Source: Perkinsus chesapeaki ATCC PRA-425
Taxonomy: Eukaryota; Protista; Perkinsozoa
NCBI GenBank assembly: GCA_013115145.1
Contig: JAAPAO010000144.1
Span: 1 to 63,285 of the forward strand
Length of the DNA: 63,285 nt
Direction: 5' to 3'
The position numbers were made by a program, and so were the translations under genes. Of the stretch, positions 12,834 through 25,319 are shown piece by piece (position 1 is the stretch's first letter; each line of letters begins with the position of its first letter). The notes beneath the pieces are model-generated. The model saw only the letters and a list, made by a program, of their open reading frames with translations. It was not told the origin of the DNA and did not search any database.

Positions 12834-13583
12834 CTAAAGGTTCTCGAGAACAATACGCTTGGCAACAGTGATACCAGTCTTGATCATATGATCTTTGCCT
12901 TGGGCGACCTTAGTGCCGTGCGGATCATAGTCACCCTCATCCCACTTCAATGGGCAACCATCTACTGTGCAAATGGCAGCTGCCCTGATGCCTCTGATGG
13001 AAGCAACATTGAACAAAGCAGAATTCTCCATCTCGGCACCAATAGCACCAGCAGCAGCATAAGAAGCTAAGCTGTTCTCTCTGGCAGGACTGGGATAGAA
13101 GACAGACTGTGCAACAGTAACACCGAAGAAGACCCTATCATATCCGAGGGACTTGGCAGTATCACGCATAGCGATGCAGAGGGTGGGATCGGCCACAGCG
13201 GGGAAGCCCTTGGGAACGAGGTACTCGGACACACCATCTTCAGCACCAGAACCAGTGGTGACGATAAGATCGCCCTGGTCAATGGTCTCCGGCTTCAATG
13301 AACCACAAGTTCCGAGCCTCAAGATAACCTTGGCGCCGCACTTGATGAGCTCCTCGAAGCAGATAGCTGCACCGGGACCACCAACACCGTGGGAAACAAC
13401 ACTGAACTCAGCACCCTGGTACTCCACGTTAAAGGTACGGTACTCGCGATTGTAAGCAAGCTCCTTGTAAGAGTCGCAGTACTTGGTGGCAATCAAATTG
13501 GCACGACCGGGATCACCAACAGCACAGACAACAGGCTTGATGTCACCTTCCTTGATCTTAAGATGGGGAGCTTCGTAGACCAT
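12834..13583 (-). CDS. PNP: Purine nucleoside phosphorylase, second tandem copy, intronless, 249 aa
   Basis: Same motifs as 11304-12062, with DGCPLKWDEGDYD. Confidence 0.95.
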   Translation of the reverse strand: MVYEAPHLKIKEGDIKPVVCAVGDPGRANLIATKYCDSYKELAYNREYRTFNVEYQGAEFSVVSHGVGGPGAAICFEELIKCGAKVILRLGTCGSLKPETIDQGDLIVTTGSGAEDGVSEYLVPKGFPAVADPTLCIAMRDTAKSLGYDRVFFGVTVAQSVFYPSPARENSLASYAAAGAIGAEMENSALFNVASIRGIRAAAICTVDGCPLKWDEGDYDPHGTKVAQGKDHMIKTGITVAKRIVLENL

Positions 13584-14299
13584 AGTTTTCTAAAATATAA
13601 TAAGTTTATTGCAAATACAAACAATGTATTTGTTTGGTGGTGGAGTGCTACCGGATGGGGCGGCTGGGCTAGCTAAGCTTAGCCACCACACAATGCACGA
13701 AGATGTCCCCATATTCCTGAATGTTGCCTATCATTCCGACAGTGGAGCCACCTAGACTCATCGCTTGGTTGTCCAACTATACATGAATCACCTGAATCTC
13801 GAGGATAGCTTGTATCGACGTTGCGCGAGTCGCTCCTCCTCCAAAGCTTCTGAGGATGCGACATAACTAGCTATCATACGCAGTCTTAAACTTTTCAGGT
13901 GTTTTTGAGATCGCAAAAGGGAATGCTTCACTCGCCGTTGATGCGTTATCTCGTTATCCGTGGATTGGGTTCTTCTTACTTCGTACCGATCAGTTAGTTC
14001 TGGAACTGCTTTCTCTCGCTTCGTGTGTTACACTACTCTTTGTGCCCACTGTCCCCTTCCATTCTTACACTCAAAGCACATGAAGTAAACGGCATCCAAG
14101 CCAACAGGATGCTTAGCAGCGGTGACTCGACTCGGCTCAGGAAACGGTCGAGTAATCTGCTTGTGGTATTAGCTAGAATGATTGAAAATCACTATGGAGC
14201 TACGTAAATAAAAGCAACACGGAGCATGAACAGGCAGGAGTTCGAACCCCGGTGACGGCGTTTTCTAGAGTTTTGCCCTACCTGGAACGGATGTATTTG

Positions 14300-14520
14300 T
14301 GGCACGCGCAGCCTTATAGTCCTCAAATTCGGAGTCCGAATCAGCTAACTCCCAGCGGAAGCGTAGCCTCTTCTCTCAAGACCGCAGTGCCCTCTACCCA
14401 AGACAGGAGGCGACTAAGCAATAGACTCTTCAAAGAGCTGGGAGAGGCCGAAGATGGCAGACTCTTTGGCATCGGCTGGCTGCCTTGAATGGCAGTTTTC
14501 GTCTAACTGTGGTTGGTTAG
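14300..14520 (-). pseudogene. Frameshifted fragment paralogous to an exon of the 19005-21781 gene
   Basis: TVRRKLPFKAA..KESAIFGLSQLFEE aligns to TVGRKLSLKAA..EESAVFDPPQLFDE at ~19680-19830; contains stops and a frameshift. Confidence 0.45.
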
Positions 14521-14865
14521 CAGTCTGCGCCCATGTGCACGGAACCTCTTTGATAGTCCGGTTGAACCTCATGAACCCTAATATCCTCAAAATAAGAACT
14601 CAGGTTGTTCCTCTCCTCGAACGCATGTTCGTCACTGTAACAACGCAAGCGTGAATCATAGGTAGAGAATATAGCAAAGTAGACGACGGATACCATTCAC
14701 GCCAATGTGGGAAGGGTAAAGAGCAGGTTATCGCTCTACAGCACGCATTAACAAGGGGCGTGCGTGTCTACTTGCCTATTTGTGGGGGGTGGGACCAACT
14801 GAGCGATTGTGTTCGGGAAACTATATCAGGACAATATCGGGTAATCTATCCGATTTCCGAGCGTA

Positions 14866-15693
14866 TTATGCTGGACAACGTGAGAAGAAAACGGTCTCGT
14901 TCAGCTCAATGGCGACTTCGTCCATTTCAACAAGGTAATATATCAAATCGTTACCTAACCAGTAATCATAAGTACGCACAGTAGGATCAAGACCAAGAGC
15001 TGGGGAGGCCAAGAACATCGAGAGATCTGTACCAGTGGTCTTGATTAGGGATAGAATGGCTGAATTTTCTTTAAAAGAGTCATGGAACCCATACCCAACT
15101 GAACCTAGCCATTCAAACACACCGCTTGCTTCTTGAAGGAAGTCGAGCCTACCAATGAATGGCGAACACAGATTTGGAACAAACTCTAGGCGGATCCCTT
15201 GAAGGAGAGGATAATCGCCCGTGTTGCAATAGAAAGTAGAATTTCCTGCAAGTGCCTGAGCACAGTTGCTGGATGTCAGCGAGGTGCTGACTCCTTCATC
15301 AATTGGTATCACCAGGGAATCCTCGGGACCGGAAGGCGTGTAAAGTAGACCATTATCCCAGATAGTCAGCGAGAGCCCCAACCTCTTCAAGAAAGCTTCA
15401 AGCCTGTCCCGAGGCTGGAAGATAAGCTTCAGACCATCAGCAGTAGCATTGATTGTGTAATCAGAATAGAATATCCTGAGGATATCCCCTCTACTGTGAT
15501 CTATCACGCCCATATAACCACCTTGACAGCCTGAGCAGCCTCTAAGATATTCATTAGCTCGTAAAGTGAACCTAAGGTTCGTTCTCTCATCCGACGCGCG
15601 ATCCGTACAGTAAGTGCCATGGGGAAGGGGAGAAGAGATGGCGATAAAAGATGGGAGTAGTAAGATAGTATCCAGCATGATGTTGTAGATCAT
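14866..15693 (-). CDS. Secreted Cys-rich hypothetical protein, family member A (275 aa, intronless)
   Basis: Signal peptide; shared motifs YC-x-D-x-AS-x-E, WD[DN]GL..P.GP..EDSL..P, C[ST]P[FL].G.L.F.Q..SG and a terminal Cys with four paralogues. Confidence 0.85.
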   Translation of the reverse strand: MIYNIMLDTILLLPSFIAISSPLPHGTYCTDRASDERTNLRFTLRANEYLRGCSGCQGGYMGVIDHSRGDILRIFYSDYTINATADGLKLIFQPRDRLEAFLKRLGLSLTIWDNGLLYTPSGPEDSLVIPIDEGVSTSLTSSNCAQALAGNSTFYCNTGDYPLLQGIRLEFVPNLCSPFIGRLDFLQEASGVFEWLGSVGYGFHDSFKENSAILSLIKTTGTDLSMFLASPALGLDPTVRTYDYWLGNDLIYYLVEMDEVAIELNETVFFSRCPA

Positions 15694-15814
15694 TCTTCAC
15701 ACGGTTTCAGCCTTTCAGAGGATATGAGGTTGAAGTACACAAGATATTTATAACGCAGCTTGTCAAACGCCGTCAACGATGCACGGTGTAGATGCGGGGA
15801 ATGCGCCATGTTCG

Positions 15815-15826
15815 GGCGGAGCCATG
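15815..15826 (-). promoter_or_regulatory. Conserved upstream motif GG(C/A)GGAGCC(A/G)TG (+ strand reading) of the secreted family
   Basis: Related copies at 17343, 26360, 28815 and 31841, each 100-190 nt upstream of a family start codon. Function is inferred only. Confidence 0.4.
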
Positions 15827-16404
15827 CTCCCCCGCTCAAAATGAGTCTTCCCAATTTCGTTACGAGAACTTAGTTTAGTAGACATGGACATGCGGACCAA
15901 GAGCTGACGACAGCAATTCGAACCTTTGGCTCAGCTGTAAAAGATTCAATACTCCTATTTTTTAGTGACTTAGAGTAGAAGAAGTCTCCAGAAAATTTAT
16001 ACGAAGACATAGGGCGCAACTGGAGGCGTGTCGCGTGACGAGCGTCGTGAGAGAAATTATCATCGAATCGAGGACGGTCCTTGGAGGACCGCCGATGGGC
16101 AATATTAACCGATGTACGACTTGGGCGAAGTGGAGTTAACGACGAAATAGAGAATATAGCTATATTCTCAACTTGAGAATATAGCAAAGTAGACGACGGA
16201 TACCACTAACACTAATGTGGCAAGTGCAAAGAGCAGGTAATTACTCTTGGACACGCATGAACAAGGGGCGTGTGTACAGAGCTGCCTACTTGTGGGGGTT
16301 AGGACCACCAAGACGATTGTGTTCAGGAAAATATATCAGGACAACAGACACTCGAAGGTAACAGAGCCGATGTGGGTCAACACTGCACACTATTTCGGAG
16401 AATA

Positions 16405-17241
16405 TCAACATTGCTCGAACTCAGCGACACCACCCATATCAATGAGGACCTTTTCGTAGAGAAAATCGTACTCTATCCGATCAGAACCCAACCAATACTC
16501 GTAGGTACGTACATCAGAGTCGTTACCGAGTGATTTCAAAGCTAGAAAACTGGATAGGTCTGTTCCAGGGGTCTTAATCAGAGATATGGTAGAACTAGCT
16601 CTAGAATTGCTGAACAGATATCCAACTGAACCAACCGTTTCTAACACTGGTGAGCCACTCGTTTCTTGAATGAAATCAAGCCTGCCGAGGAACGGCGAGC
16701 AAACATCTGGAACAAACTGAAGGCGGATGCCCTTAAGGAGAGGCGAAGTAGGGAGCCTGCAGTAAAATGACTTCATTCTAGTAAGGCCCTGAGCACAGTT
16801 GCTGTATGTTAATGTGGCGCTGACATCTTCATCAACTGGCATCTCCAGGGAGTCCTCGCTGTAAGGACCGAGAGGCGCATAAGGTAGACCATTATCCCAG
16901 ATAGTTGTTGGGAGATTGAATCTCTTCAAGAGGGCCTTCGCCCTCTTCATATACTTGCCAGGCTGGATAATAAGCTTGAGACCATCAGCAGTGGTATTGA
17001 CTGTGTACCAAACAGCAATCCTGTCATTAATAGACTTTCTGGCAGTGCGGTTATACATCTTCAACACATCTATGAATCCCTTTCGACAGTCCGCGCACCC
17101 CCTCGGTACCCCAACATCTTGAAAAAATAACCTCAAATTGGTTCTCTTCTCGGATGCATAATCGACACAGTAACTGCCATCGGGAGTGGGAGAGGAGATG
17201 ACGATAAAAGGTGCAAGTAGAAAAATAATAACATTAAGCAT
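16405..17241 (-). CDS. Secreted Cys-rich hypothetical protein, family member B (278 aa)
   Basis: Signal peptide MLNVIIFLLAPFIVISS; family motifs; flanks homologous to member A (identical 31-mer at 14665 and 16175). Confidence 0.88.
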   Translation of the reverse strand: MLNVIIFLLAPFIVISSPTPDGSYCVDYASEKRTNLRLFFQDVGVPRGCADCRKGFIDVLKMYNRTARKSINDRIAVWYTVNTTADGLKLIIQPGKYMKRAKALLKRFNLPTTIWDNGLPYAPLGPYSEDSLEMPVDEDVSATLTYSNCAQGLTRMKSFYCRLPTSPLLKGIRLQFVPDVCSPFLGRLDFIQETSGSPVLETVGSVGYLFSNSRASSTISLIKTPGTDLSSFLALKSLGNDSDVRTYEYWLGSDRIEYDFLYEKVLIDMGGVAEFEQC

Positions 17242-19004
17242 GTCGTTGCAGTTGAAGCTCTTCAGAGCAGTTGAGGTGCAATGTAGTTATAACGCCGTCA
17301 ATGATAACGCACGGTGTAACCGCGGCGAATGCGCCATGTCCGGGAGGAGCCATGCGCCACCCGCTCCAATTGAGCGCTCCATTTCCGCTGATGAGATCTT
17401 TGGTTTAGTGAGAAAGAGCGGACAGACGGCAGTGAGTTGCATGCGCTTCTCAGTTAGGTTTTGATGGTGTTCCAATAATACGTGGAAAACAAGCCGTCAG
17501 AATGCATACGGAACTTCGAGGCACTAACGTCGCTTCCAGCTCATGATTGTTGCACGATGTCGAATTCGTCGATAATAATTACACGATAGTTCCTAACGAG
17601 TTAATGAACCGCGAGAGGTCGCTATCTTCATCAATGTTAAAACCAACTTATATGTTTATCTTTGCCTTGTCAAACGTTGCGTACCACATAGAGCCTGGCA
17701 CGGTGAGTCACAGTGCGATTGTCGCACTAAGCGCCCTATGAAAAAAGTTACCATCCAATCGAGAACGGTCCTCGGAGGAGCCTGATGGATAATGTGCTCC
17801 GATATATGACTTGCGCAAGCTGAATCTAAGGACAATCTCTATATATGCAATGTTCAATGGCAGCATCGGTACCTCCGAAGATCTGCGCCAATTCCACATG
17901 TTTTCAGTGAGTGTCGTAATTGGGTTATATGGAGCATCCATCACATTGGAAGCGATGCGTGAGAGTTTAGTAGTAGATCACCAAACAGCATGAAGCTCAA
18001 TGTCGGAATCATAGTTCCTTCCCATCCCAAAGCCTAGGGTTTTCGAGAAACGGTACGGGCGTAACGAAACTTCTGTTATTTCCGGATCGCCCGTTTCCGC
18101 GGCATGGCAATTGTCTACTTTCGCTTTTCCATGTCACATGGGCCATGTGAAATAGTAGACTCCCGGCCTTGCGATTCTCAGCATGACCTCCACCAAAGCT
18201 GCTGCATCAAATGTATGCTTTACTGGTACTATCGAGTAGAACTCTGAGCGTGATCAGCCGCACCAGCTTGTATCATGGTCGCTTGGATTCACAGTTTAAT
18301 GGAGCCCGAATTTGAGCCGCCGTAGACTTAGATCTCCTTACGTATAAGGCCATCTTCCACTAACAATTAGCCTGGTTGTTAGTGGATCCAACAATCCTGG
18401 ATGCTGGTTGAAACAGGATCCTATAATGTGGCAGTTACTACTATCTGCGATACCAATGCCCGTCAGGTCTACCCTCTAGGCGACCTAGTTCGACCAAAAT
18501 CCTGATGACGGTTATCAGATGACCCGTAGCATGCCTCTTGATGCACTTCGGCTAGCGGACAGACCAGACTGCATGGTCAGAGCCGACGGTGCCTGCCTTG
18601 CAGCAGCTATCACGGGCTCTGTAGATACTCTACTTTTTTTTGCTCATCTTCGCAGGCACGCCTTAGGAATACTTTGATGTGAGATACGGGTGCTCAGATT
18701 AAGAAAGACCATATAACTCCTATGATAGGAGGCTCATGACCATGTGGTACGCAATGTCTTTAAATTGGTACAAGTCTACCGCGCACATTTTAGAATCTAT
18801 GTGCACTCCACGGTCTTCGGGGGGGGGGCTCTGGAATTAATTTTCTGTGTCGACTGTCTTCCTTCGTTGTAGAGCTCAAATCGAATAAATAGAATGATAA
18901 GCAACCTCACAGCATGCCGAGTTGGTCAAATGGTGCCATGGGGAAAGTAATCTCATGGTCATCGGGCTGGCCGCAGCCATGGCGCGGTATTGTGGCGAAC
19001 GGCG

Positions 19005-21781
19005 TCAGCCACCCCCAGCGGGGCCGGTATTTAGTAAATCGTGTCTCGCGTGGGAAGTTGGTCGATGAGAAAGAGGTTTGTGCCTCAAGGTGAAGTACCT
19101 GAATATACCGGCATAAAGGGAAGTTAGTGACGATAGCATCAATGGAGTTTTGCCCAGTATGACGAGGGGTAGCTCAACCCCCCGAGAAAACGTCACTCTG
19201 TCTTACACGTAGAGTAGTGTCCCTGTGGCGAATACTAAGCCAACTATCATTCTAAAGTAGTTCCACATAGCTTGCTCGGACTCTAGCCTTGTGTCATACT
19301 CCAGAGGAAGGACGACCTCGAAAACTCTAACCCTGGTACTGCTCCAAACGGCAACCTGACAATTGGACTGAGAGTCGATAGAATAACCCACAGTCACGGC
19401 GGATTTGAGCGCAGCGTAGCTGGGACAAATGGAGCAGTTGTGTCTTGGTAGTTGTACACAGGCCCTCAGTTGCGTAAGTGAATTCTGCTAGGAGGAGTAG
19501 CATATCTTGGCACCGGTTACATCCTTCTGGGTGAACCACACAGTGGCAAAATCAGTACAGGTATTAGACTCTCCCGATAGTTGCACGTAGCTTGGATAGT
19601 CCAACTAAGCCATCTTTGGCGTTGGAATCACACACACAGCGTAGCTGAAAGAAGCAGCACTCAGCTTACGAGCGGATGTGTAACCTCCTTCCTCCATGCT
19701 GCGATGCCCGCCACCCACGGCAGCCCACTAGGCAATCTATGTGTCTCATCAAAGAGCTGGGGAGGGTCGAAGACGGCCGACTCTTCCGATTGACCTCGCC
19801 TGGCTGCTTTGAGTGACAACTTTCGCCCGACTGTGATGTCGTATATAGACATGAATTGCCCGCAAGAGACGGCAAGAATTTGTGGACGGAGGCTCAGAAC
19901 GGAGGGGCTGCCAGCCTCGCAGCTCGGTAAGGCGAAGAGACCTGAAAGAGAGATCCATCCTATCTTTTAACCGAAACTAACCTTTGACTGTGTCCGACGA
20001 ATTATAGTTTTCTCCATCAGAATGCCTGCGGTTCTTTACTAAAGCCATGACTAGGAGGCTGCCATCCTCCAGAGTTGCGTAGAAGATCGGCAATGGACCG
20101 ACCGGATGACCACTGCTGATGGTGGCGATGTAGCGGCCTCCCTGATTCACAGCTCATCCATTTGAAATGGAGTACCAAAGGTGATCGTTAATTAACTTGC
20201 ACAGCGCGAGAGGCGACCTACCAGCAAGCGCTCGACACCTTCCACAGTTTTGGCATCGGAATCATCTCTGATCGCTAGAGTGCGGATCCAAGATTTTCCT
20301 AGAGGGGATCTTTCTAATTGATGAAGCTTAAAGCTTACCATAGACGAGAACAGAGTGAGAAGCACCTTGACGATTTATTGGGACGACGCCGATCACATCG
20401 TCAGAAGAGACGTTAGCTCCAGATAGCTTGTTTAGGATGTCGCCATCACTGCTCAAAATCCAAACTCCGCCGCCGCGAGTAACTAACATCACGAGATACA
20501 GAGCCCAATTTAGAGTCAATCTACCAGTGACAATTCTAACGTTATTGGATTCTCCAGCGCTGGCTCTTCCGGATGGCTGAACCAGCAGGCCGATGACATC
20601 CTGCTTGCCGACGTCCACTACGCGGTGAGACCAGACGGTGACGTTTGGAGGGCGATTCAAGAACGCTGATTTCACCCCGCGGCGATGAATACGGTCTTCT
20701 ACAGTCATTGCAGGGCTCTTGATCTCAATCTCTATTATTGAGATTTTGTTCCCAATGGCGGCGGCTACTAGGCCGCCTGCGTATGTGAGTGCTCCGGTGG
20801 AAAGCTCGACGGCAGCGCCCGAACGGCCAGCGAGGAGAGTTGTGTAGATTTCGCCATAGCCCGACTCGAAGTCGAAAATACTCAAGCGTCTTGTTGTTGC
20901 TGATAACCGCACTAAATAGCCTTGAGGTGAGAAGTTGGGCGCTGAGAATGAAATAAAATTAACGCAAACTACTGCAGGGGTCACCTACGAGAAACCAGCC
21001 GCTTGTGTTTAGTCGAACGAGTCTGTAGAAACTCGCAGGCGTCAGTAGAATCATTGAAGTCTTTATCCATCTTCAATGCCAGAGCATTCATTCCGGTCCA
21101 ATGGCCATCACTATTGTTAGTGTCATGAAGCAGTTTGACCTGGAAGCCGTGATAAGACCAAGTTTTAATCGCAATTTCTGCTTTAGTATGCAATTTCTCG
21201 CGAATGTTTCTGTGAGAGAAGCATCTGATGCAAACAGTCCTCATTGTAAAGGACATTTTGGGAACCATTACGAGCGAATTTCATTGTATCCACTGGATAC
21301 AGTATCAGGCCTCACCAGGCGAAAGTAGGTAATCCCGAGCGATCCGTCCCTGAGATTGCAACGGGAGCCCGCACCTGCTTAAATGTACTTTTCCGATTTA
21401 GAAAAGTGCGTTGAAATCAGACGGTTGGGAGACGTCTATAGGAAGTAAACAGGCCACTCGGAATTGCACACTCAGTGCCGCAGCAACTTTCCAACGTCCT
21501 TCTCCTTCTACGGAGAGCCTCACTATTTCTCTCTGCTATTGTACTAGTTTTATATGTGAAGACACTCTGCAGAAGATATAGAATAGGCACACGCTAGTTC
21601 TCACAATAGAGATGTATTGCTCGGACCACTTGGAGTAGTCTGGCTCTTCCCCATTGAGCAAAGCAATTTGGTGATCTTTCGAGTCACTGATCGCTCGCCT
21701 TATAGTGGCCAGGGTGTCCTCTGTTGATGCGCTGGTGGAATGCATAACTAGCAAGGTACGAGTGAAGTAGCGTAGTAGCAT
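19005..21781 (-). CDS. Multi-exon probable type I membrane protein with beta-strand-rich (beta-propeller-like) ectodomain; 3' end uncertain
   Basis: Long exon 20328-20984 plus exons near 21550-21781, 19980-20150, 19680-19945 and 19205-19490. C-terminal TM-like MWNYFRMIVGLVFATGTLLY. Confidence 0.55.
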
Positions 21782-22333
21782 TGTAAAGCTAGTAACAGAA
21801 AGATGACCGAGAATGGCAGAACAAACAACAAGCTGCGCGGAATACCAATAATGTTGTGTCGTGTGAAGGCTCGAATCGAGTCACTCAAACGCAAAGCCGA
21901 GGCGAAGGCGTGGATGGGGAGCTGTAGTGCACGTGGAAGTAATTTTATCGACTAGAGTTGTAGAAACGCAGTTCCCCACGTGACGTGACATAAACACCAC
22001 TTGGCGATGATAAGTCTTTCTTAAATAAGGAAACCTGGGAGATGACTCTTATATGCCTGGGAGTGCCGAAAAAAGCTGTTAAGCTCACAATTAAACACGA
22101 TCATAAGTTCATCACGTATCGGTGCTATTTTTGAATCGCCAATACTGCTAGTATGATAGGTGGCACAACAAACTGTCTCCGTAGTTGCACGCATTCACGG
22201 TTGTCTATTTTCGGGAATTCAAGTGCTTACGGATCAGCGACTACACGGCCGGCTAGTGGATCTTAAGTCCTTCGATGGGCTGTCAGCGGCTGCTTGTCAT
22301 ACTAAGGTTATCCAAACGTGTTCAAAATCATTA

Positions 22334-23931
22334 ATGAGGCTTTCAGCGCTGCTGGCGGCGGCAGTTGGCGGCAACTTACTTGTACCAGTGGTTCCGGATT
22401 CTGACCGGCTCTGGAGGCATGATCCGGATTTCGACTCCTTTATTCGCAAGTGAGCCTGATGGCCCAATCTGGCAGCAGCACCTGTCAATTGTGGTGATCA
22501 TCTTATTTTGATTTTCAGGTATAATAAGCAGTACAAGAGTGATGCCGAGCACGAGATGCGCTATTATATGTTCAATAAGACAAGAGAGAATATAATGAAC
22601 GCCATGAAAAAGCCTTCAGGTAGCCCAGCTACCTGATTACGAGTAGTTCATACAGTGTAAGACGTCTCACTGAGACGCAGTCGAAGTGGCAACTGTGGTG
22701 GTTGTGATATATCGCTACTCAGGTTTCAACTATACGGCAGGTGTGAATGCGTTCGCAGACATGTCCACTGAGGAGTTCAACTCTTGTATGTTATGTAGAC
22801 CATCATCTAACAAAGATAGAACGAGCTTCCAGCATGGGCTCGGTAAAAGAGTATCCCAGAACTGATGCGTGCCGTATCATTCTATATACGCATTCCTTGC
22901 CTCAGATTCGACCAATATACAACACTCGTATGGGAATCCACCAGTATCGGTTGATTGGCAGGCCGCTGGAGCTATGGGTCCAGTGAGAGACCAGGGCAAA
23001 TGCGATGCGTGCTATGCAGTCCATACTGCAAGTAACCCGACGATGTGCGAGGCCGTTGGGCCTTTGTGCTTCGCTCAGTCTTGGCGGAGAGTCGTTTCAA
23101 GATCCAGACTCGTATGAACCAAGTTGTCCCATTGTCAGCTCAACAGCTCATCGATTGCAGTACTGACCAAGGCAACACGTATGTAGCACAAGAATTCATA
23201 GTACAGCTAGCAGTCAAGTCATAGGGGCTGTAAAGGAGGCACCGTTACTGACTCTTGGATATACATTTCTCTACATGGTCTGGTCAAAGAGAAAGCGTAT
23301 CCTTACATCGGCAAGGACGGGCAATGCAAGAAGGATATTGTAGAGTCCAAGACTGCTGGGTGTATCGCGGTAAGAAGAGCTTTGTGAGCGTTTTACTGTC
23401 TGTCAGCCTGCTGATATCAAAGGCTGGCTTGGAGTCCCTCCGCTAGATGAGCTCGCCCTGCGTACCGCGGTCTCGGAGGGGCCCATTGCTGCTGCCGTCC
23501 ATGCTTCCAGTGCAGGGTTCAAGAATTACAAATCGGGAATCCTAACCAGTAATATTTTCTGTATATTGATACTTATAGAGGACAAGTGTCCCCAGCGCGT
23601 AAATGTAGCGAAGGAAATCTGAATCACATGGTTACAATCGTCGGATACGGAAGCACTCCCACAGGCGTTCAGTAAGTATTATCCTACCTAGTAGTGGAGA
23701 ACGTTCCTTCAAAGGTATTGGAAGATTTTGAATAGTTGGGGTAAGAGCTGGGGAGACAACGGTTACGGCTATATACAGCGGAATGCTCCGAAGAATCCTG
23801 CAGGTAGTCACGAGCCATGGATGGCATCCTTGATACCAGGTTAATTTTCAGGACCCTGTGGAATCATGAGGGACCCTGACTTGTACCCAGTATTCCGAGA
23901 TGGCCTTACAGCTAACGCCTGTCTTTCATAG
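22334..23931 (+). CDS. Cathepsin L-like papain-family (C1A) cysteine protease, about 10 exons
   Basis: Signal peptide; I29 prodomain (YNKQYKS, GVNAFADMSTEEF); VDWQ..VRDQGKCDACYA; LSAQQLIDCS; GCKGG; NHMVTIVGYG; YWKILNSWGKSWGDNGY; GPCGI. Confidence 0.93.
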
Positions 23932-25319
23932 TTGCATGACAGGCAAGGGGTCTGTTAATAGCAGTTTATCGTAAATCATGGAACTGATCAGACTAACCCG
24001 ATGAAGTCAACTATGAGACAATTTAATTGTTAGGCCATTACTGAATGATGATCATTCAGGCTTTGGGAGGAAGTACTTTATCTCTTTTTAGCAGTAACTA
24101 ACACTTGCTCTATATCTTATGAACTTATCGTCGTCACGACGACGCCTTGACGTCAGTCACGTTATTAACAGCTTTTGTCCGAATTCGCGCACGTTGTTGT
24201 CAATCAGTAGTACCCGCAGTGTGCTTCTCACGAGAGACACTCATGTACGCATATACGCACTGATCGAGTCTCTCTAGGTTTATGCCGCGTAAAACCAGCG
24301 AAAATAGATGCTCCAGAGGGACAAACTCCACGGTCCATGCTTCGTGGTTCATTTCGGATCGATGCCTCAGATTGCTATCAAGCAGCACCATTATAGAACT
24401 TGTGAGCAAAGAAATCAGCTAGGCACTACCAGGTTACCTCGAGTGGTGCACTTGTAACTGAGTTTCAGAGGGTTAGTCGAAGCTCGGAACTTCGTGGGCA
24501 GCTTCTTTGAGAGGTCTTGAATAGTCATCAGGCTCTCTACGAGCTTTCAATATATATTAGATTATGCATTAGTTTTGTGCGTTTTGAGGGTATGGGAGAC
24601 TCAAAATCTGATTCTAGATGAATACCTCACCTGGTTCCCTCATCAGCCGCATGTATCCTACTATACCATTTCCCCGGTAAACTTGAAGTCTTTTGGATCA
24701 ATTTGAAGAGACAGAGATCCTCCATCTTCTTCCTGTTGGGGGAAACAGATCATATTTCCGAATTCTCTGTCAAATTTGAGAAGCTCGGGCCGTGGGAATG
24801 GAATATCTTTCTCCATGCAACTTTCACATCCACATTAAGAAAGCGAACGCCTGCGAAAGCCCTCATGTTCGTCATCGATTGGATATGAATATGTATTTCA
24901 AATCCACCCATATCCCGCAGCGAGTGTTTTAAATCAAGCCCGACTTTTAAATTCGAAGTAAGTGACAAAACGATTTCGATTTGGCATTTTTTGAGATAAT
25001 GATTGTCATTAATAATGATACCCAAAATGGGTATCATTGAGACCCAACGAGATATTTGAATTGCGGAAAAATCCATTTAGGCTGATTAAAAGAAGAGTGA
25101 GTTTGACCGGGGAATGCTGTAAGCCGACTCTGACCACGTGAGATACGCGTGGAGGATGATTGAGTTGTTGTAGTTAACGCAACACAATCACTATCTAGCG
25201 AGAGATTATATGATTCTTCGGCCAACCGTAAAAGGGTTCCCAGAAAAGGTCATACAACGACCTAGGATAAATGGATGAACCATTGGTCTGAAGCTAGCGC
25301 GCTCTATTCCTAGGGCATA

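Noticed and set aside
19680-19850. RKLSLKAARRGQSEESAVF looked like an LTR-retrotransposon RNase H
   Set aside because: It sits in frame within a spliced exon series of the membrane-protein gene, and there are no RT or integrase motifs nearby.
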